A stretch of 64,000 bases of DNA from Candidatus Marinacidobacterales bacterium (lineage in GTDB: Bacteria > Acidobacteriota > Vicinamibacteria > Marinacidobacterales > DATDRI01). Below, piece after piece: positions 49,683 through 59,422 of this stretch. The translations under genes and the position numbers were made by a program. The notes under the pieces were generated by a model. That model did not search any database. It had not been told where the DNA came from and saw only the letters and a list, made by a program, of their open reading frames with translations. Every line of letters starts with the position of its first letter. The first letter of the stretch is position 1. Location of the stretch: positions 5,760,001 to 5,824,000 of the forward strand of contig OZ245365.1 of assembly GCA_965226495.1 (NCBI GenBank), read 5' to 3'.

Positions 49683-50360
49683 CTAGGTCTCCTTGGTCAA
49701 CTCCTTTTGAACCGCAAGCCGAAGCCTCCGGACGCATTTCTCGACGCCGCTCCGCGAGAGCCCGACCGCCTTACAGGAAGCGAGCTCTGCGATGGTCCGC
49801 CCTTCCAAGAAATAAAAGCGGAACACCAAACGGTCGCGCTTCGGAAAACCGAGTCGCTGTATCACCGCCCCGATCCGTCGCCGGAGCTCATAGGCCTCTG
49901 CGGTGTGCTCGGGACCCGGGCGGGTGCTGGCGACGTTCTCGCCGACGCTCGGCCCTTGCTCACCATCGCTCGTTGGGTATTTCTCGTCGAGTGATGTCGC
50001 CGCCGGCGGCGTCTTTTGAGCACGGAGCTTCTTGAAATGATCGTGCACGAGATTGCAGGCGATGGCACTCAAATAGGTATAGACGGAGTTCTCGTTTCGG
50101 CCCTTGAATTGAGCGAGAGGTTTTCTCTCTGCATCGAGAAGTCGCAGGAATACGTCCTGGGTAAGATCTCGCACCATCTCGCCTGTCCAATCGACATCCG
50201 AGGCTCGATTGTGCACCGCCTCGACTCGAAACCGGCGATAGATCGTAAGCCGGATGCGGCGCTCGAAGCGAGACACGAACTCTAGCCAAGCGGGGTCATC
50301 GGGTCCTGCACCGGCGAGGTGGGCGATGAGCTCCCGGTTGGAAAGCCGCGTGACGTTCAC
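49683..50360 (-). CDS. ECF-type sigma-70 factor
   Basis: AWLEFV, DLTQDVFLRL, YLSAIACNLVHDHF (region 2); RLVFRFYFLEGRTIAELA (region 4). Confidence 0.9.
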   Translation of the reverse strand: MNVTRLSNRELIAHLAGAGPDDPAWLEFVSRFERRIRLTIYRRFRVEAVHNRASDVDWTGEMVRDLTQDVFLRLLDAERKPLAQFKGRNENSVYTYLSAIACNLVHDHFKKLRAQKTPPAATSLDEKYPTSDGEQGPSVGENVASTRPGPEHTAEAYELRRRIGAVIQRLGFPKRDRLVFRFYFLEGRTIAELASCKAVGLSRSGVEKCVRRLRLAVQKELTKET

Positions 50361-50467
50361 GGTAGTGGCTATATCCGCTCGACGCCCTCCAGGTCAAGGG
50401 CCAGGGGGTGCGGAGAAAGAACGCGTCAGACTCGACAAACTCTCTAGGCGCTACAATGGGAGACGTC

Positions 50468-51244
50468 ATGGGTATCATTGGTCTCGTTCTCGCGCTCGCG
50501 TTGCAGGCGTCGAGCGAAGAGGGATTCCGGGCGCGGCTTCTTGTCGAGGAAGGCGGGGCGAAGGCGAGCTACGTGGTCGATTTCAAACCGGGAATGATCC
50601 GTATCGAGCCGCCCGACACCGACGTCTATTTGATCTTGGACATATCTGCGTCTCGCCTGACGCTCGTAAACCCCGAACACAAATACTCCGTTCGTATTGA
50701 TTCGAAGACCCTGCCACTGGTCGTTGAAGCCGAGCTCGTGGGGCCCAATTGGTTTCCGTGGGTTTCGATGGTAAGCCCCGATCTCATAGAGGGCGTTTCA
50801 TTGGAGGGACGGGGCCGTGCACCCCTCCCCGATGGAAGGCGGGGCCTCCACTATGTTGGCGATAGCCCGGAGTACGATCGACCGGTCGCCGAGTACCGGT
50901 TGGATCCGAAGGCCTCACCTGATCTGTTCTTCCAATGGACCGAGGTTTATGAGGAATTCTGGGGAGAACCGACGCCCGAGGCGGAGGCCGCTCAAAAGAA
51001 GCGGCTCGAGCTTTATGCTAGCCTTCCTCGACTCCCGCTCGTCTCCGAGGAACGTTTCGTTTTTTTGAGCCGTCCGCGGATCATTCGAATTGAAGAACGG
51101 CTGAAGATCCCCGAAGGTGCGTTCACCATCCCGGAAGATTACGAAGAGAAGTCCGTCGTCGACTTGCTTCGCGAAACGCTCACCGAGCGTTTGCTCCAGC
51201 GCTTCGGTATAAAGGGAAGCGGTTCAGCCTTTTGCGCCGGCTAA
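50468..51244 (+). CDS. secreted hypothetical protein (weak DUF4412-like)
   Basis: Signal-like N-terminus, beta-rich sequence, C-terminal [12 protein letters not shown]. Confidence 0.6.
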   Translation: MGIIGLVLALALQASSEEGFRARLLVEEGGAKASYVVDFKPGMIRIEPPDTDVYLILDISASRLTLVNPEHKYSVRIDSKTLPLVVEAELVGPNWFPWVSMVSPDLIEGVSLEGRGRAPLPDGRRGLHYVGDSPEYDRPVAEYRLDPKASPDLFFQWTEVYEEFWGEPTPEAEAAQKKRLELYASLPRLPLVSEERFVFLSRPRIIRIEERLKIPEGAFTIPEDYEEKSVVDLLRETLTERLLQRFGIKGSGSAFCAG

Positions 51245-51269
51245 CCACATTGAGTATACTTTTTTCGTG

Positions 51270-51818
51270 ATGCACGGGAGGAGCTCGCCACGACCCCACG
51301 GAACGACGGTTATCGCCGTCCGACGTGACGACAAGACCGCCATTGCCGCCGACGGACAGGTGACATTGGGCGACACGGTGGTGAAGCATGGGGCTAAGAA
51401 ACTGAGACGGCTTTCTAGCGGCCAAGTCCTCGCCGGATTCGCCGGCACCACCGCCGATGCTCAGGCGCTCTTCACGAAGTTCGAAATCAAGCTTCAAGAA
51501 TACCGTGGAAACCTCGAGCGAGCGGCGGTAGAGCTTGCGAAGGACTGGCGAACCGATCGCGTGCTTCGGCGTTTGGATGCGCTGCTGATCGTTGCCGATT
51601 CGCAACACGTCTTCTTGCTTTCTGGCAACGGCGATCTGATCGAGCCGGACGACGGCGTCATCGCCATCGGTTCCGGTGGGCCCTACGCACTCGCGGCGGC
51701 TCGGGCATTGTTGTCACACACCGAGCTGCCCGCTGCTCAGGTCGCGACCGAGGCGATGCAGATCGCGGCAGAGATTTGCGTTTATACGAATTCGCAAATC
51801 ATGCTCGAGGAAATCTAA
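51270..51818 (+). CDS. hslV: ATP-dependent protease peptidase subunit
   Basis: [37 protein letters not shown]. Confidence 0.97.
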   Translation: MHGRSSPRPHGTTVIAVRRDDKTAIAADGQVTLGDTVVKHGAKKLRRLSSGQVLAGFAGTTADAQALFTKFEIKLQEYRGNLERAAVELAKDWRTDRVLRRLDALLIVADSQHVFLLSGNGDLIEPDDGVIAIGSGGPYALAAARALLSHTELPAAQVATEAMQIAAEICVYTNSQIMLEEI

Positions 51819-51840
51819 TAGAAGGACGGCACGGCAAACG

Positions 51841-53241
51841 ATGGTCTTTTTCCTTCCCGAAACCGCTGGCACCAGCCAATCGCTGGATCAACTCACCCCA
51901 CGCCAGATTGTAGAGGAGCTGGACAAGTACGTGATCGGCCAGCACGCCGCAAAGCGATCGGTGGCGATCGCACTTCGCAATCGAATGCGGCGGTTGAAGC
52001 TCCCACCCGAGATGGCTGACGAAGTGGCGCCGAAGAACATCATCATGATCGGACCCACCGGCGTGGGCAAGACCGAGATCGCGCGGCGACTGGCTCGCCT
52101 GTCGGGCTCGCCGTTCACCAAAGTCGAGGCTTCGAAGTTCACCGAGGTTGGTTACGTCGGCCGGGACGTGGAATCGATGGTGCGCGATTTGGTCGAGATC
52201 GCCGTAGATATGGTCCGGGAGGAGAAGATCTACGAAGTCCAGGACAAAGCGGAAGAAAACGCCGAGGAGCGCTTGTTGGATCTGCTGCTGCCTCCTCTGA
52301 AGCCCGTATACCGCACCGATCAGGAGGAAGCGGCGCAACAACACGCCGCCCAAGACGAGTTTCAGACCACCCGCTCGAAGCTAAGGGCTCAGCTGCGTGG
52401 TGGCAAGCTGGATAACCGCAGCGTAGAGCTGGATGTACGGGATCGGTCGTTCCCCTCCTTCGAAGTCATTACCAGCGGAGGAGTCGAGGAGATGGACATC
52501 AACTTGAAAGATATGCTCCCTGGCCTTTTCGGTGGCAAGACGCGGAAGCGGAAGATGAAAGTGCCGGAGGCGCTCGAGTACTTGATCCAGGAAGAGGAAC
52601 AGAAGCTGGTCGACATGGATCAAGTGGCGCGCCTCGCGGTGGAGCGTACCGAGCAGGCGGGGATAATCTTCGTGGACGAGCTGGACAAGATCGCGGGGAG
52701 AGAAGGGGGCCACGGTCCCGATGTTTCTAGAGAAGGGGTTCAGCGTGATCTACTTCCGATCGTGGAAGGGACCTCGGTCTCGACGAAGTATGGAATGGTG
52801 CGAACCGACCACCTCCTGTTCATTGCCGCGGGGGCCTTTCACGTTTCCAAACCTTCCGATCTCATCCCCGAGCTGCAGGGACGGTTTCCGATCCGCGTGG
52901 AGCTTTCGTCTTTGACGAAGGAGGATTTCGTACGGATCTTAAAGGAGCCGAAGAACGCCCTGCTCAAACAGTACAAAGCGTTACTGGCTACCGAAGGCAT
53001 CGATCTGGACTTCACCGAAGACGCGGTCGATTCGGTGGCTTCCTACTCGATGCGAGTCAACGAGGCGACTGAGAACATCGGCGCGCGGCGCCTCCATACG
53101 ATCATGGAAAAAGTCCTCGACGAGCTTTCCTTCGACGCGCCCGACTTGACGCAAAAGAAGTGGGTTATCGACGCCGCCTACGTAGGTAAGATGGTGGACG
53201 AGGTGGCCAAGGACGACGATCTTTCGCGTTACATTCTCTAA
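51841..53241 (+). CDS. hslU: ATP-dependent protease ATPase subunit
   Basis: [50 protein letters not shown]. Confidence 0.98.
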   Translation: MVFFLPETAGTSQSLDQLTPRQIVEELDKYVIGQHAAKRSVAIALRNRMRRLKLPPEMADEVAPKNIIMIGPTGVGKTEIARRLARLSGSPFTKVEASKFTEVGYVGRDVESMVRDLVEIAVDMVREEKIYEVQDKAEENAEERLLDLLLPPLKPVYRTDQEEAAQQHAAQDEFQTTRSKLRAQLRGGKLDNRSVELDVRDRSFPSFEVITSGGVEEMDINLKDMLPGLFGGKTRKRKMKVPEALEYLIQEEEQKLVDMDQVARLAVERTEQAGIIFVDELDKIAGREGGHGPDVSREGVQRDLLPIVEGTSVSTKYGMVRTDHLLFIAAGAFHVSKPSDLIPELQGRFPIRVELSSLTKEDFVRILKEPKNALLKQYKALLATEGIDLDFTEDAVDSVASYSMRVNEATENIGARRLHTIMEKVLDELSFDAPDLTQKKWVIDAAYVGKMVDEVAKDDDLSRYIL

Positions 53242-53246
53242 CCCGG

Positions 53247-54929
53247 ATGCCTGGCGTTAGGCTACCGCACCTGAGCTCCCGCGCGACCCTACTTGCGCTC
53301 CTGGCCCTGCTGGTACTGACCGCGGGCTCGAGCGCCTGTGGGAAGAGGGGAAATCCGCTGCCTCCTTTTCAACACATTCCTTCCCCAGTACCCAAGGCTC
53401 GAGTCTCTCAGCGTGGGTCAGTTATCCTTATCGAGTGGGCGGCTCCGACGAAGACGACCGATGGCTCCGAGCTCCGGCTGACGCAGGTAGAAGTGCTTCG
53501 ACGTATCGTCGAGCCGCCGCCACCTGTGCCAGAAGCCCCGCTGACCCCGGAGATCTTGGACACCGAGGGGATGCCTGGCATCACCGACACGGAAGGAGAG
53601 ACGACCCCGGGTGCGGGGACCGCGGGCGAGCGCGAAGCATCCGCGGTAGCCCCCGCGGGCTCGACCCCCGCTTTGCCTATCACAGAGGACGCCGCTCAAC
53701 CGGATTCAGCCCCGCCAGCCCCACCGGCCCCGACGGCTCCTAAAGGGGAACCAACCGAAACGCCAAAGGAGACTGCGAGCCCCTCCCAGGAGACTGCCGA
53801 AGAGACGACGGAGTCCCCACCTGAAGGGCAGACTGAAGGAGACGCGGAGGGTGAGGAGCCGTTGGTCATGGCGGTGCCCCCGTCCATAGTGCAAATGACA
53901 CTCAAGCCCAAGAGGTTCGGCGAGGAAGCGAGGATCATCGCGAAGCTAGAGGTGGACCCGTCCGGGAGCCCGCTTTTTTTCGAAGACGAGTGGAAGCCCC
54001 GGTGGCAGGGTAAGAAACTCGAGTACGCGGTTCGGTACGTCAATCCAAAGGGGCTGAAGGGTGCCCATTCCGGTCCAAGCTCGATACACCCACGGCCACC
54101 ACTTCCCGCGCCGTCTGCGCTTTCGGCAACGGCAGACGATGGCTACGTGAAGATTACTTGGGAGGAGTCGGCTGGACTTGCGGAATGGCAAGAGGCCGTC
54201 AAAGCTCTAATCCCCGAAGGCGTGAAATTGGACTTCGGCTTCAACGTGTACCGGAGGCCTCGGGATGGCGTCTACCGTTCTGCAACGCCGGTGAACCGTA
54301 AGCCAGTGGAAGAGACATTGTTCGAGGATCGGAACGTGAGATTCGGCAGCGCCTCGTGTTACGTCGTTCGTAGCGTTGTGGTTCCGATTATTCTGGAGCC
54401 CTCCCCCGTGGCGCCCGACGACGGAGGCGCAGTCTCCGATCTGAAAGTGCCGTCAGAAGGAGAAATCGATGCGCTGGCGGCAGCAGTTGAGGAGGTTCCG
54501 CCAGGCGTCGCGGCAGGTCTACAAGGCACCGCCGCGGCAACACTTGAAACGGCCAAACAACTCCAGCCACCCGAACCCCAAGCCCTCGTCGAAAGCGAGA
54601 GCACCGACGAAGTTTGTCTGAAGCCCATCGACACATTTCCGCCCGCCGCCCCGTCCCGACTGGTCGCCCTAGAGACGCCGGACGGCATCATGATTTCCTG
54701 GGGCGAGTCCGACGCGCGGGATCTAAAAGGATTCTTGATTTATCGAGCCGATAAAAAGAGAGGACCCTTCGAGCTCCTGACCAAGGAGCCGATTCCCTTG
54801 CCGAGCTTTACCGACAGTGACGTGAGTCCAGGTGAGACTTACTTTTACGCGGTGAGCGCGGTAGATTCCGCCGAGCCGCCCAACGAAAGCGAGCCGAGTT
54901 CCCCGATCGCAGCTACGGCACTCAAGTAG
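53247..54929 (+). CDS. lipoprotein with fibronectin type III-like domains and Pro/Glu-rich linkers
   Basis: Lipobox SSAC-GKRGNP.PP; FNVYR, DTFPPAAP, YFYAVSAVD..NES. Confidence 0.82.
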   Translation: MPGVRLPHLSSRATLLALLALLVLTAGSSACGKRGNPLPPFQHIPSPVPKARVSQRGSVILIEWAAPTKTTDGSELRLTQVEVLRRIVEPPPPVPEAPLTPEILDTEGMPGITDTEGETTPGAGTAGEREASAVAPAGSTPALPITEDAAQPDSAPPAPPAPTAPKGEPTETPKETASPSQETAEETTESPPEGQTEGDAEGEEPLVMAVPPSIVQMTLKPKRFGEEARIIAKLEVDPSGSPLFFEDEWKPRWQGKKLEYAVRYVNPKGLKGAHSGPSSIHPRPPLPAPSALSATADDGYVKITWEESAGLAEWQEAVKALIPEGVKLDFGFNVYRRPRDGVYRSATPVNRKPVEETLFEDRNVRFGSASCYVVRSVVVPIILEPSPVAPDDGGAVSDLKVPSEGEIDALAAAVEEVPPGVAAGLQGTAAATLETAKQLQPPEPQALVESESTDEVCLKPIDTFPPAAPSRLVALETPDGIMISWGESDARDLKGFLIYRADKKRGPFELLTKEPIPLPSFTDSDVSPGETYFYAVSAVDSAEPPNESEPSSPIAATALK

Positions 54930-54934
54930 GTTCC

Positions 54935-54963
54935 AGGTTCATCGCGGGTTACCCGATGAACCT
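54935..54963. other. 10-bp inverted repeat after the lipoprotein gene
   Basis: AGGTTCATCG..CGATGAACCT; no U tract, role unclear. Confidence 0.45.
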
Positions 54964-55033
54964 AACTTCCAACTATAATGAGTCACCGCCTCGCCGGCGG
55001 GTAGGTCAGTGCCGACTAGGTGGAGGAGGTTAG

Positions 55034-55678
55034 ATGAAAATCTTTCTCGACACAGCCAACGTAGAGGAGATTCGGACGGCCGCGGAGCTAGGTCTCCTCG
55101 ACGGCATCACCACCAACCCCACTCTACTTTCCAGGGAATCGGCTCCTTATCGGAAGCTGCTCGAGCAAATCTGCGAAATGGTCCCGGGCCCGGTCTCGGC
55201 AGAGGTGGTGTCGGAAGATCATCAGGGCATGGTTCGCGAGGGGAAAGAACTGTCCACCATCGCCGAGAACATCGTCGTGAAATGCCCGCTCACGCCGGAA
55301 GGACTCAAGGCGGTCCGGAAGCTCAAGGACGACGGGATCCGTTGCAACGTTACTTTGTGTTTTTCGGTCCCGCAAGCCATCTTCGCCGCCAAGGCCGGAG
55401 CTTACATCGTAAGCCCGTTCGTGGGCCGGCTTGACGACATCGGAAGCGACGGGATGGCTCTCATTCGGGACATTGTCCAGGTATACCGGAACTACCAGTT
55501 CGAGACTCAGGTGCTGGTGGCCAGCATTCGTAACCCTTTGCATGTCATCGAGGCGGCTCGGGTGGCGGCCGATATCTCGACGATGCCGGCCAAGGTTTTC
55601 CACTCTCTGTTCAAGCACCCACTCACCGATATTGGGATCGAGCGATTCCTCAAGGATTGGGAAAAGGCCCAGAAGTAA
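55034..55678 (+). CDS. tal: transaldolase (FSA/TalC type)
   Basis: IFLDTAN, GITTNP, VSAEV, NIVVKCP, NVTLCFS, SPFVGRLDD; RBS GGAGG. Confidence 0.93.
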   Translation: MKIFLDTANVEEIRTAAELGLLDGITTNPTLLSRESAPYRKLLEQICEMVPGPVSAEVVSEDHQGMVREGKELSTIAENIVVKCPLTPEGLKAVRKLKDDGIRCNVTLCFSVPQAIFAAKAGAYIVSPFVGRLDDIGSDGMALIRDIVQVYRNYQFETQVLVASIRNPLHVIEAARVAADISTMPAKVFHSLFKHPLTDIGIERFLKDWEKAQK

Positions 55679-55681
55679 ATC

Positions 55682-57232
55682 ATGCCCCCAGGCGACCGGT
55701 CGGCCGAGCTTAACGAGCGAAATCGTCGATCCAGCGAAGCCGGAGGTGCCGAGCGCATCGAGCGACAGCACGCCGCCGGGAAGCTCACCGCAAGAGAGAG
55801 AATAGAAGTCCTCGTCGATCCAGGAACCTTCGAGGAGCTCGATCGCTTGGTGACCCATCGGGCTCGGGATTTCGGAATGGATCAGACCGTTATCCCCGGC
55901 GATGGAGTGATTACCGGCTACGGGCGCATCGAGGACCGTCTCGTTTATCTCTTCGCCCAGGATTTCACCGTCTTCGGTGGCTCGCTCTCCGAGGCGTACG
56001 CCGAAAAGATCTGCAAGGTGATGGATCTGGCGATGAAGATCGGTGCACCTATTTTGGGGCTCAATGACTCTGGCGGCGCTCGAATCCAAGAAGGAGTCGT
56101 CTCGCTCGCGGGCTACGCAGATATTTTCCTCCGCAACACCCTGGCGTCAGGGGTGGTTCCGCAGATTTCTGCCATTATGGGGCCTTGTGCGGGGGGAGCC
56201 GTCTACTCGCCGGCCATTACCGATTTCACTTTCATGGTGCGGGACACGAGTTACATGTTCGTGACCGGTCCGGATGTCATCAAGACCGTGACCCACGAGC
56301 GGGTGACGATGGAGGAATTGGGCGGAGCGGCGACGCACAACGAAGTCTCCGGGGTCGCCCACGTCATGGCGGAGGACGATCGGGACTGCCTGCAGACGAT
56401 TCGAAGGCTGCTATCGTTTCTACCGAGCAACAACTTGGACGAAGCGCCCACTCTGGAATGCACCGATCCACTGGATCGCGAAGACGACGCGATCGACAGC
56501 TTGATCCCCGAAGAGCCTGATCGTCCCTACGATATGAAGGAGCTCATTCGCTCGGTTGTCGACGATGGTGAGTTCCTCGAAATGCACGAGCATTTCGCAC
56601 AGAATATCGTGGTCGGGTTTTCCCGATTGGGAGGAAGATCAGTAGGCATCGTCGCCAACCAACCCGCCGTGCTCGCTGGCGTGCTGGACATCAACGCGTC
56701 GGTCAAAGGGGCTCGTTTCGTCCGTTTCTGCGATGCCTTCAACATCCCTTTGGTGACCTTCGAGGATGTGCCGGGGTTCCTCCCTGGCACCGATCAGGAA
56801 TGGGGCGGCATCATTCGGCATGGCGCCAAGCTCTTGTTTGCCTTTGCCGAGGCCACGGTTCCCAAATTGACGGTGGTAACACGAAAGGCATACGGCGGGG
56901 CTTACTGCGTGATGGCCAGTAAACACATCCGCACCGACGTCAACTATGCGTATCCGACGGCGGAGATCGCGGTCATGGGCCCCGAAGGTGCGGTGAACAT
57001 TCTTTACCGCAAAGAGCTCGCGGCAGCTTCCGACGCCGAGGCTCTGCGGAAGGAAAAAGTGGCGGAGTTTCGAGCCAAGCTGGCCAATCCGTATGTGGCC
57101 GCGGAGCGAGGCTACATCGATGAGGTTATCGAGCCTCGGAAGACTCGCCGAAAACTAACCACCGCCTTGGCTGCCCTCGCTACCAAGAAAGACCGGAACC
57201 CACCGAAAAAACACGGCAACATTCCGCTTTAA
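55682..57232 (+). CDS. pccB: acyl-CoA (propionyl-CoA) carboxylase beta subunit
   Basis: [47 protein letters not shown]. Confidence 0.93.
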   Translation: MPPGDRSAELNERNRRSSEAGGAERIERQHAAGKLTARERIEVLVDPGTFEELDRLVTHRARDFGMDQTVIPGDGVITGYGRIEDRLVYLFAQDFTVFGGSLSEAYAEKICKVMDLAMKIGAPILGLNDSGGARIQEGVVSLAGYADIFLRNTLASGVVPQISAIMGPCAGGAVYSPAITDFTFMVRDTSYMFVTGPDVIKTVTHERVTMEELGGAATHNEVSGVAHVMAEDDRDCLQTIRRLLSFLPSNNLDEAPTLECTDPLDREDDAIDSLIPEEPDRPYDMKELIRSVVDDGEFLEMHEHFAQNIVVGFSRLGGRSVGIVANQPAVLAGVLDINASVKGARFVRFCDAFNIPLVTFEDVPGFLPGTDQEWGGIIRHGAKLLFAFAEATVPKLTVVTRKAYGGAYCVMASKHIRTDVNYAYPTAEIAVMGPEGAVNILYRKELAAASDAEALRKEKVAEFRAKLANPYVAAERGYIDEVIEPRKTRRKLTTALAALATKKDRNPPKKHGNIPL

Positions 57233-57249
57233 TCTCATCGAGGCCAAGG

Positions 57250-58767
57250 ATGCCAATCTTTCGCAAGCTACTTGTCGCCAATCGGGGCGAGATCGCGGTT
57301 CGTATTCTGAGGACTTGTCGCGAGCTCGGGATAGCCACGGTGGCGGTCTATTCGGATGCGGACCGCGACAGTTTGCATGTGCGCTACGCCGACGAAGCGC
57401 GGCGGATCGGACCGGCACCGTCGGCCGAAAGTTACCTCGACATGGATGCGGTGCTCCAGGCGGCTCGGGAAACAGGTGCGGACTCGCTGCATCCCGGCTA
57501 CGGTTTCTTGGCCGAGAACCCGGAGTTCGCGAAGCGCTGTGAGGAAGTGGGGCTGGTTTTCATCGGACCGACTCCCGAAGCGGTTGCCCTCATGGGCGAC
57601 AAGGTCGAGGCTCGCCGCGTTGCTCGAAAGGCCGGAGTCCCCACCGTTCCGGGAAGCGAGCTGCTGTCGAGCGATGTCGATGCGCTCAGCGAAGCGAAAC
57701 GGATCGGGTTTCCGCTACTCGTCAAAGCGGTTGCCGGCGGCGGCGGAAAGGGAATGCGGATCGTAAGCTCTGAGTCCGAACTAGAAACTGCGCTCCAGCA
57801 AGCGGCTTCGGAGGCGAGCTCGAGTTTCGGCAATCCCTCGGTCTATCTCGAACACTATCTTCATCGACCTCGTCACATCGAGTTTCAGATTGTGGCCGAC
57901 GATGCGGGTTCGGTCGTCCACCTGCTCGAACGTGAATGCTCGATTCAAAGAAGGCATCAGAAACTCATCGAGGAGTGTCCATCACCGCGCTTGGACTCCG
58001 AGCTCCGGCAACGTATGGGTGAAGCGGCGGTGGCGTTGGCGAGGAAAGCCGACTACCGGAACGTGGGTACCGTCGAGTTCCTATTGGACGGCAATGGGGA
58101 GTTCTATTTTCTCGAAATGAATGCTCGACTACAGGTGGAGCATCCCGTTACCGAAATGGTGGTCGGTCTGGATCTCGTTCGGCTGCAGCTCGCCCTGGCT
58201 GCCGGAGAAGCACTTCCTTTCACGCAAGCCGACATACGCCCGCATGGTTGGGCGATGGAATTCCGCATTGTGGCGGAGGATCCGTATCAGGATTTTCTGC
58301 CGTCGCCGGGAAGAATCGACTTTCTGAGGCCGGCGGGTGGGCCTGGGGTCCGGGACGATAGCGGCGTCTTTTCCGGCTGGGAAGTTCAGCCCCATTACGA
58401 TCCGTTGCTCGCGAAGCTCATCGTCTGGGGTCGAGACCGGCGAGACTGTCTCGCACGGGCGAAGCGTGCGCTCGAGGAGTATCGGGTCGACGGGATCTCG
58501 ACGACTCTGCCGTTCTTCCAGAAAGTACTCCAGGATCCTCAGTTTCTCGCTGGGGAGATCGATGTCGGTTACATCGATCGAAATTGGGAAGGATCGGCGT
58601 CGACCCCTGTATCGATCGCTGTCGATCGCGACCGAGCGGCCCTCATCGCCGCCGCGGTGGCTGTTTATCGTTCGGCTGTCCGACCGCGACGGCGCACAAC
58701 CGCGGTGGCGGCGCCGTCGGTATGGAAGCGAACCGGTATTCGCGAGCAGCATGGGAGCCGCCTGTGA
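57250..58767 (+). CDS. accC: biotin carboxylase subunit
   Basis: ANRGEIA, HPGYGFLAEN, GGGGKGMR, RECSIQRRHQK, EMNARLQVEHPVTE. Confidence 0.95.
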   Translation: MPIFRKLLVANRGEIAVRILRTCRELGIATVAVYSDADRDSLHVRYADEARRIGPAPSAESYLDMDAVLQAARETGADSLHPGYGFLAENPEFAKRCEEVGLVFIGPTPEAVALMGDKVEARRVARKAGVPTVPGSELLSSDVDALSEAKRIGFPLLVKAVAGGGGKGMRIVSSESELETALQQAASEASSSFGNPSVYLEHYLHRPRHIEFQIVADDAGSVVHLLERECSIQRRHQKLIEECPSPRLDSELRQRMGEAAVALARKADYRNVGTVEFLLDGNGEFYFLEMNARLQVEHPVTEMVVGLDLVRLQLALAAGEALPFTQADIRPHGWAMEFRIVAEDPYQDFLPSPGRIDFLRPAGGPGVRDDSGVFSGWEVQPHYDPLLAKLIVWGRDRRDCLARAKRALEEYRVDGISTTLPFFQKVLQDPQFLAGEIDVGYIDRNWEGSASTPVSIAVDRDRAALIAAAVAVYRSAVRPRRRTTAVAAPSVWKRTGIREQHGSRL

Positions 58768-59300
58768 AGCCTGTGAAGCCTGTGAAGAATGCGAAGAGGC
58801 TGACGCTGCTCGCAGGCGAAGAGTCCTTCCCGATGGAGGTCGGTGAAGGCGAAGGGCGGTTGCAGGTAACTCTTTCCGGTAAACCCTTGGAGTTCGACCT
58901 AGGCGATCAGCGAGGGGGAGGACTATCCATCATTGTCGAAGGGCGATCCTATGAGGCTCGAGTGACGATCGATGGCAATCGCATCGCCGTTGAAATAGAC
59001 GGAGAGCGACGGGTCTTCGAGTTGGACGATGCTCCCGAGAAAGACGTTCGGCCCGGGGGCAGGAAGCGGCAGGGTTCCGCGCAAGTCGTGGCCCCGATGC
59101 CCGGTAAGGTGGTCAAGCTGCTCGCCGAGCCGGGAGAGCAGGTGCAAGCGGACCAAGGGGTGCTGCTATTCGAGGCCATGAAGATGCAGAACGAGATCCG
59201 AAGTCCCGTGGCCGGGACTCTAGTGGCGATCGACGTTCGAGAGGGCGCAGTGGTCGAGTCGCGGGACCGGCTGTTTACGGTGAAGGTCGGCGCGAAGTAG
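58764..59300 (+). CDS. biotin carboxyl carrier protein
   Basis: APMPGKVV, EAMKMQNEI; GTG start overlaps the accC stop. Confidence 0.92.
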   Translation: MKPVKPVKNAKRLTLLAGEESFPMEVGEGEGRLQVTLSGKPLEFDLGDQRGGGLSIIVEGRSYEARVTIDGNRIAVEIDGERRVFELDDAPEKDVRPGGRKRQGSAQVVAPMPGKVVKLLAEPGEQVQADQGVLLFEAMKMQNEIRSPVAGTLVAIDVREGAVVESRDRLFTVKVGAK

Positions 59301-59422
59301 CCATCCCGGTGCCGCGCCGAGCGCTCAATAGCGCTACAATGGAACGCAGCTCCCGTAAAGGCACACCAGGTCGGGCGAACCGTGCTGCGGAACCCCCGAA
59401 AACATTATTAGGTAGATAGACC

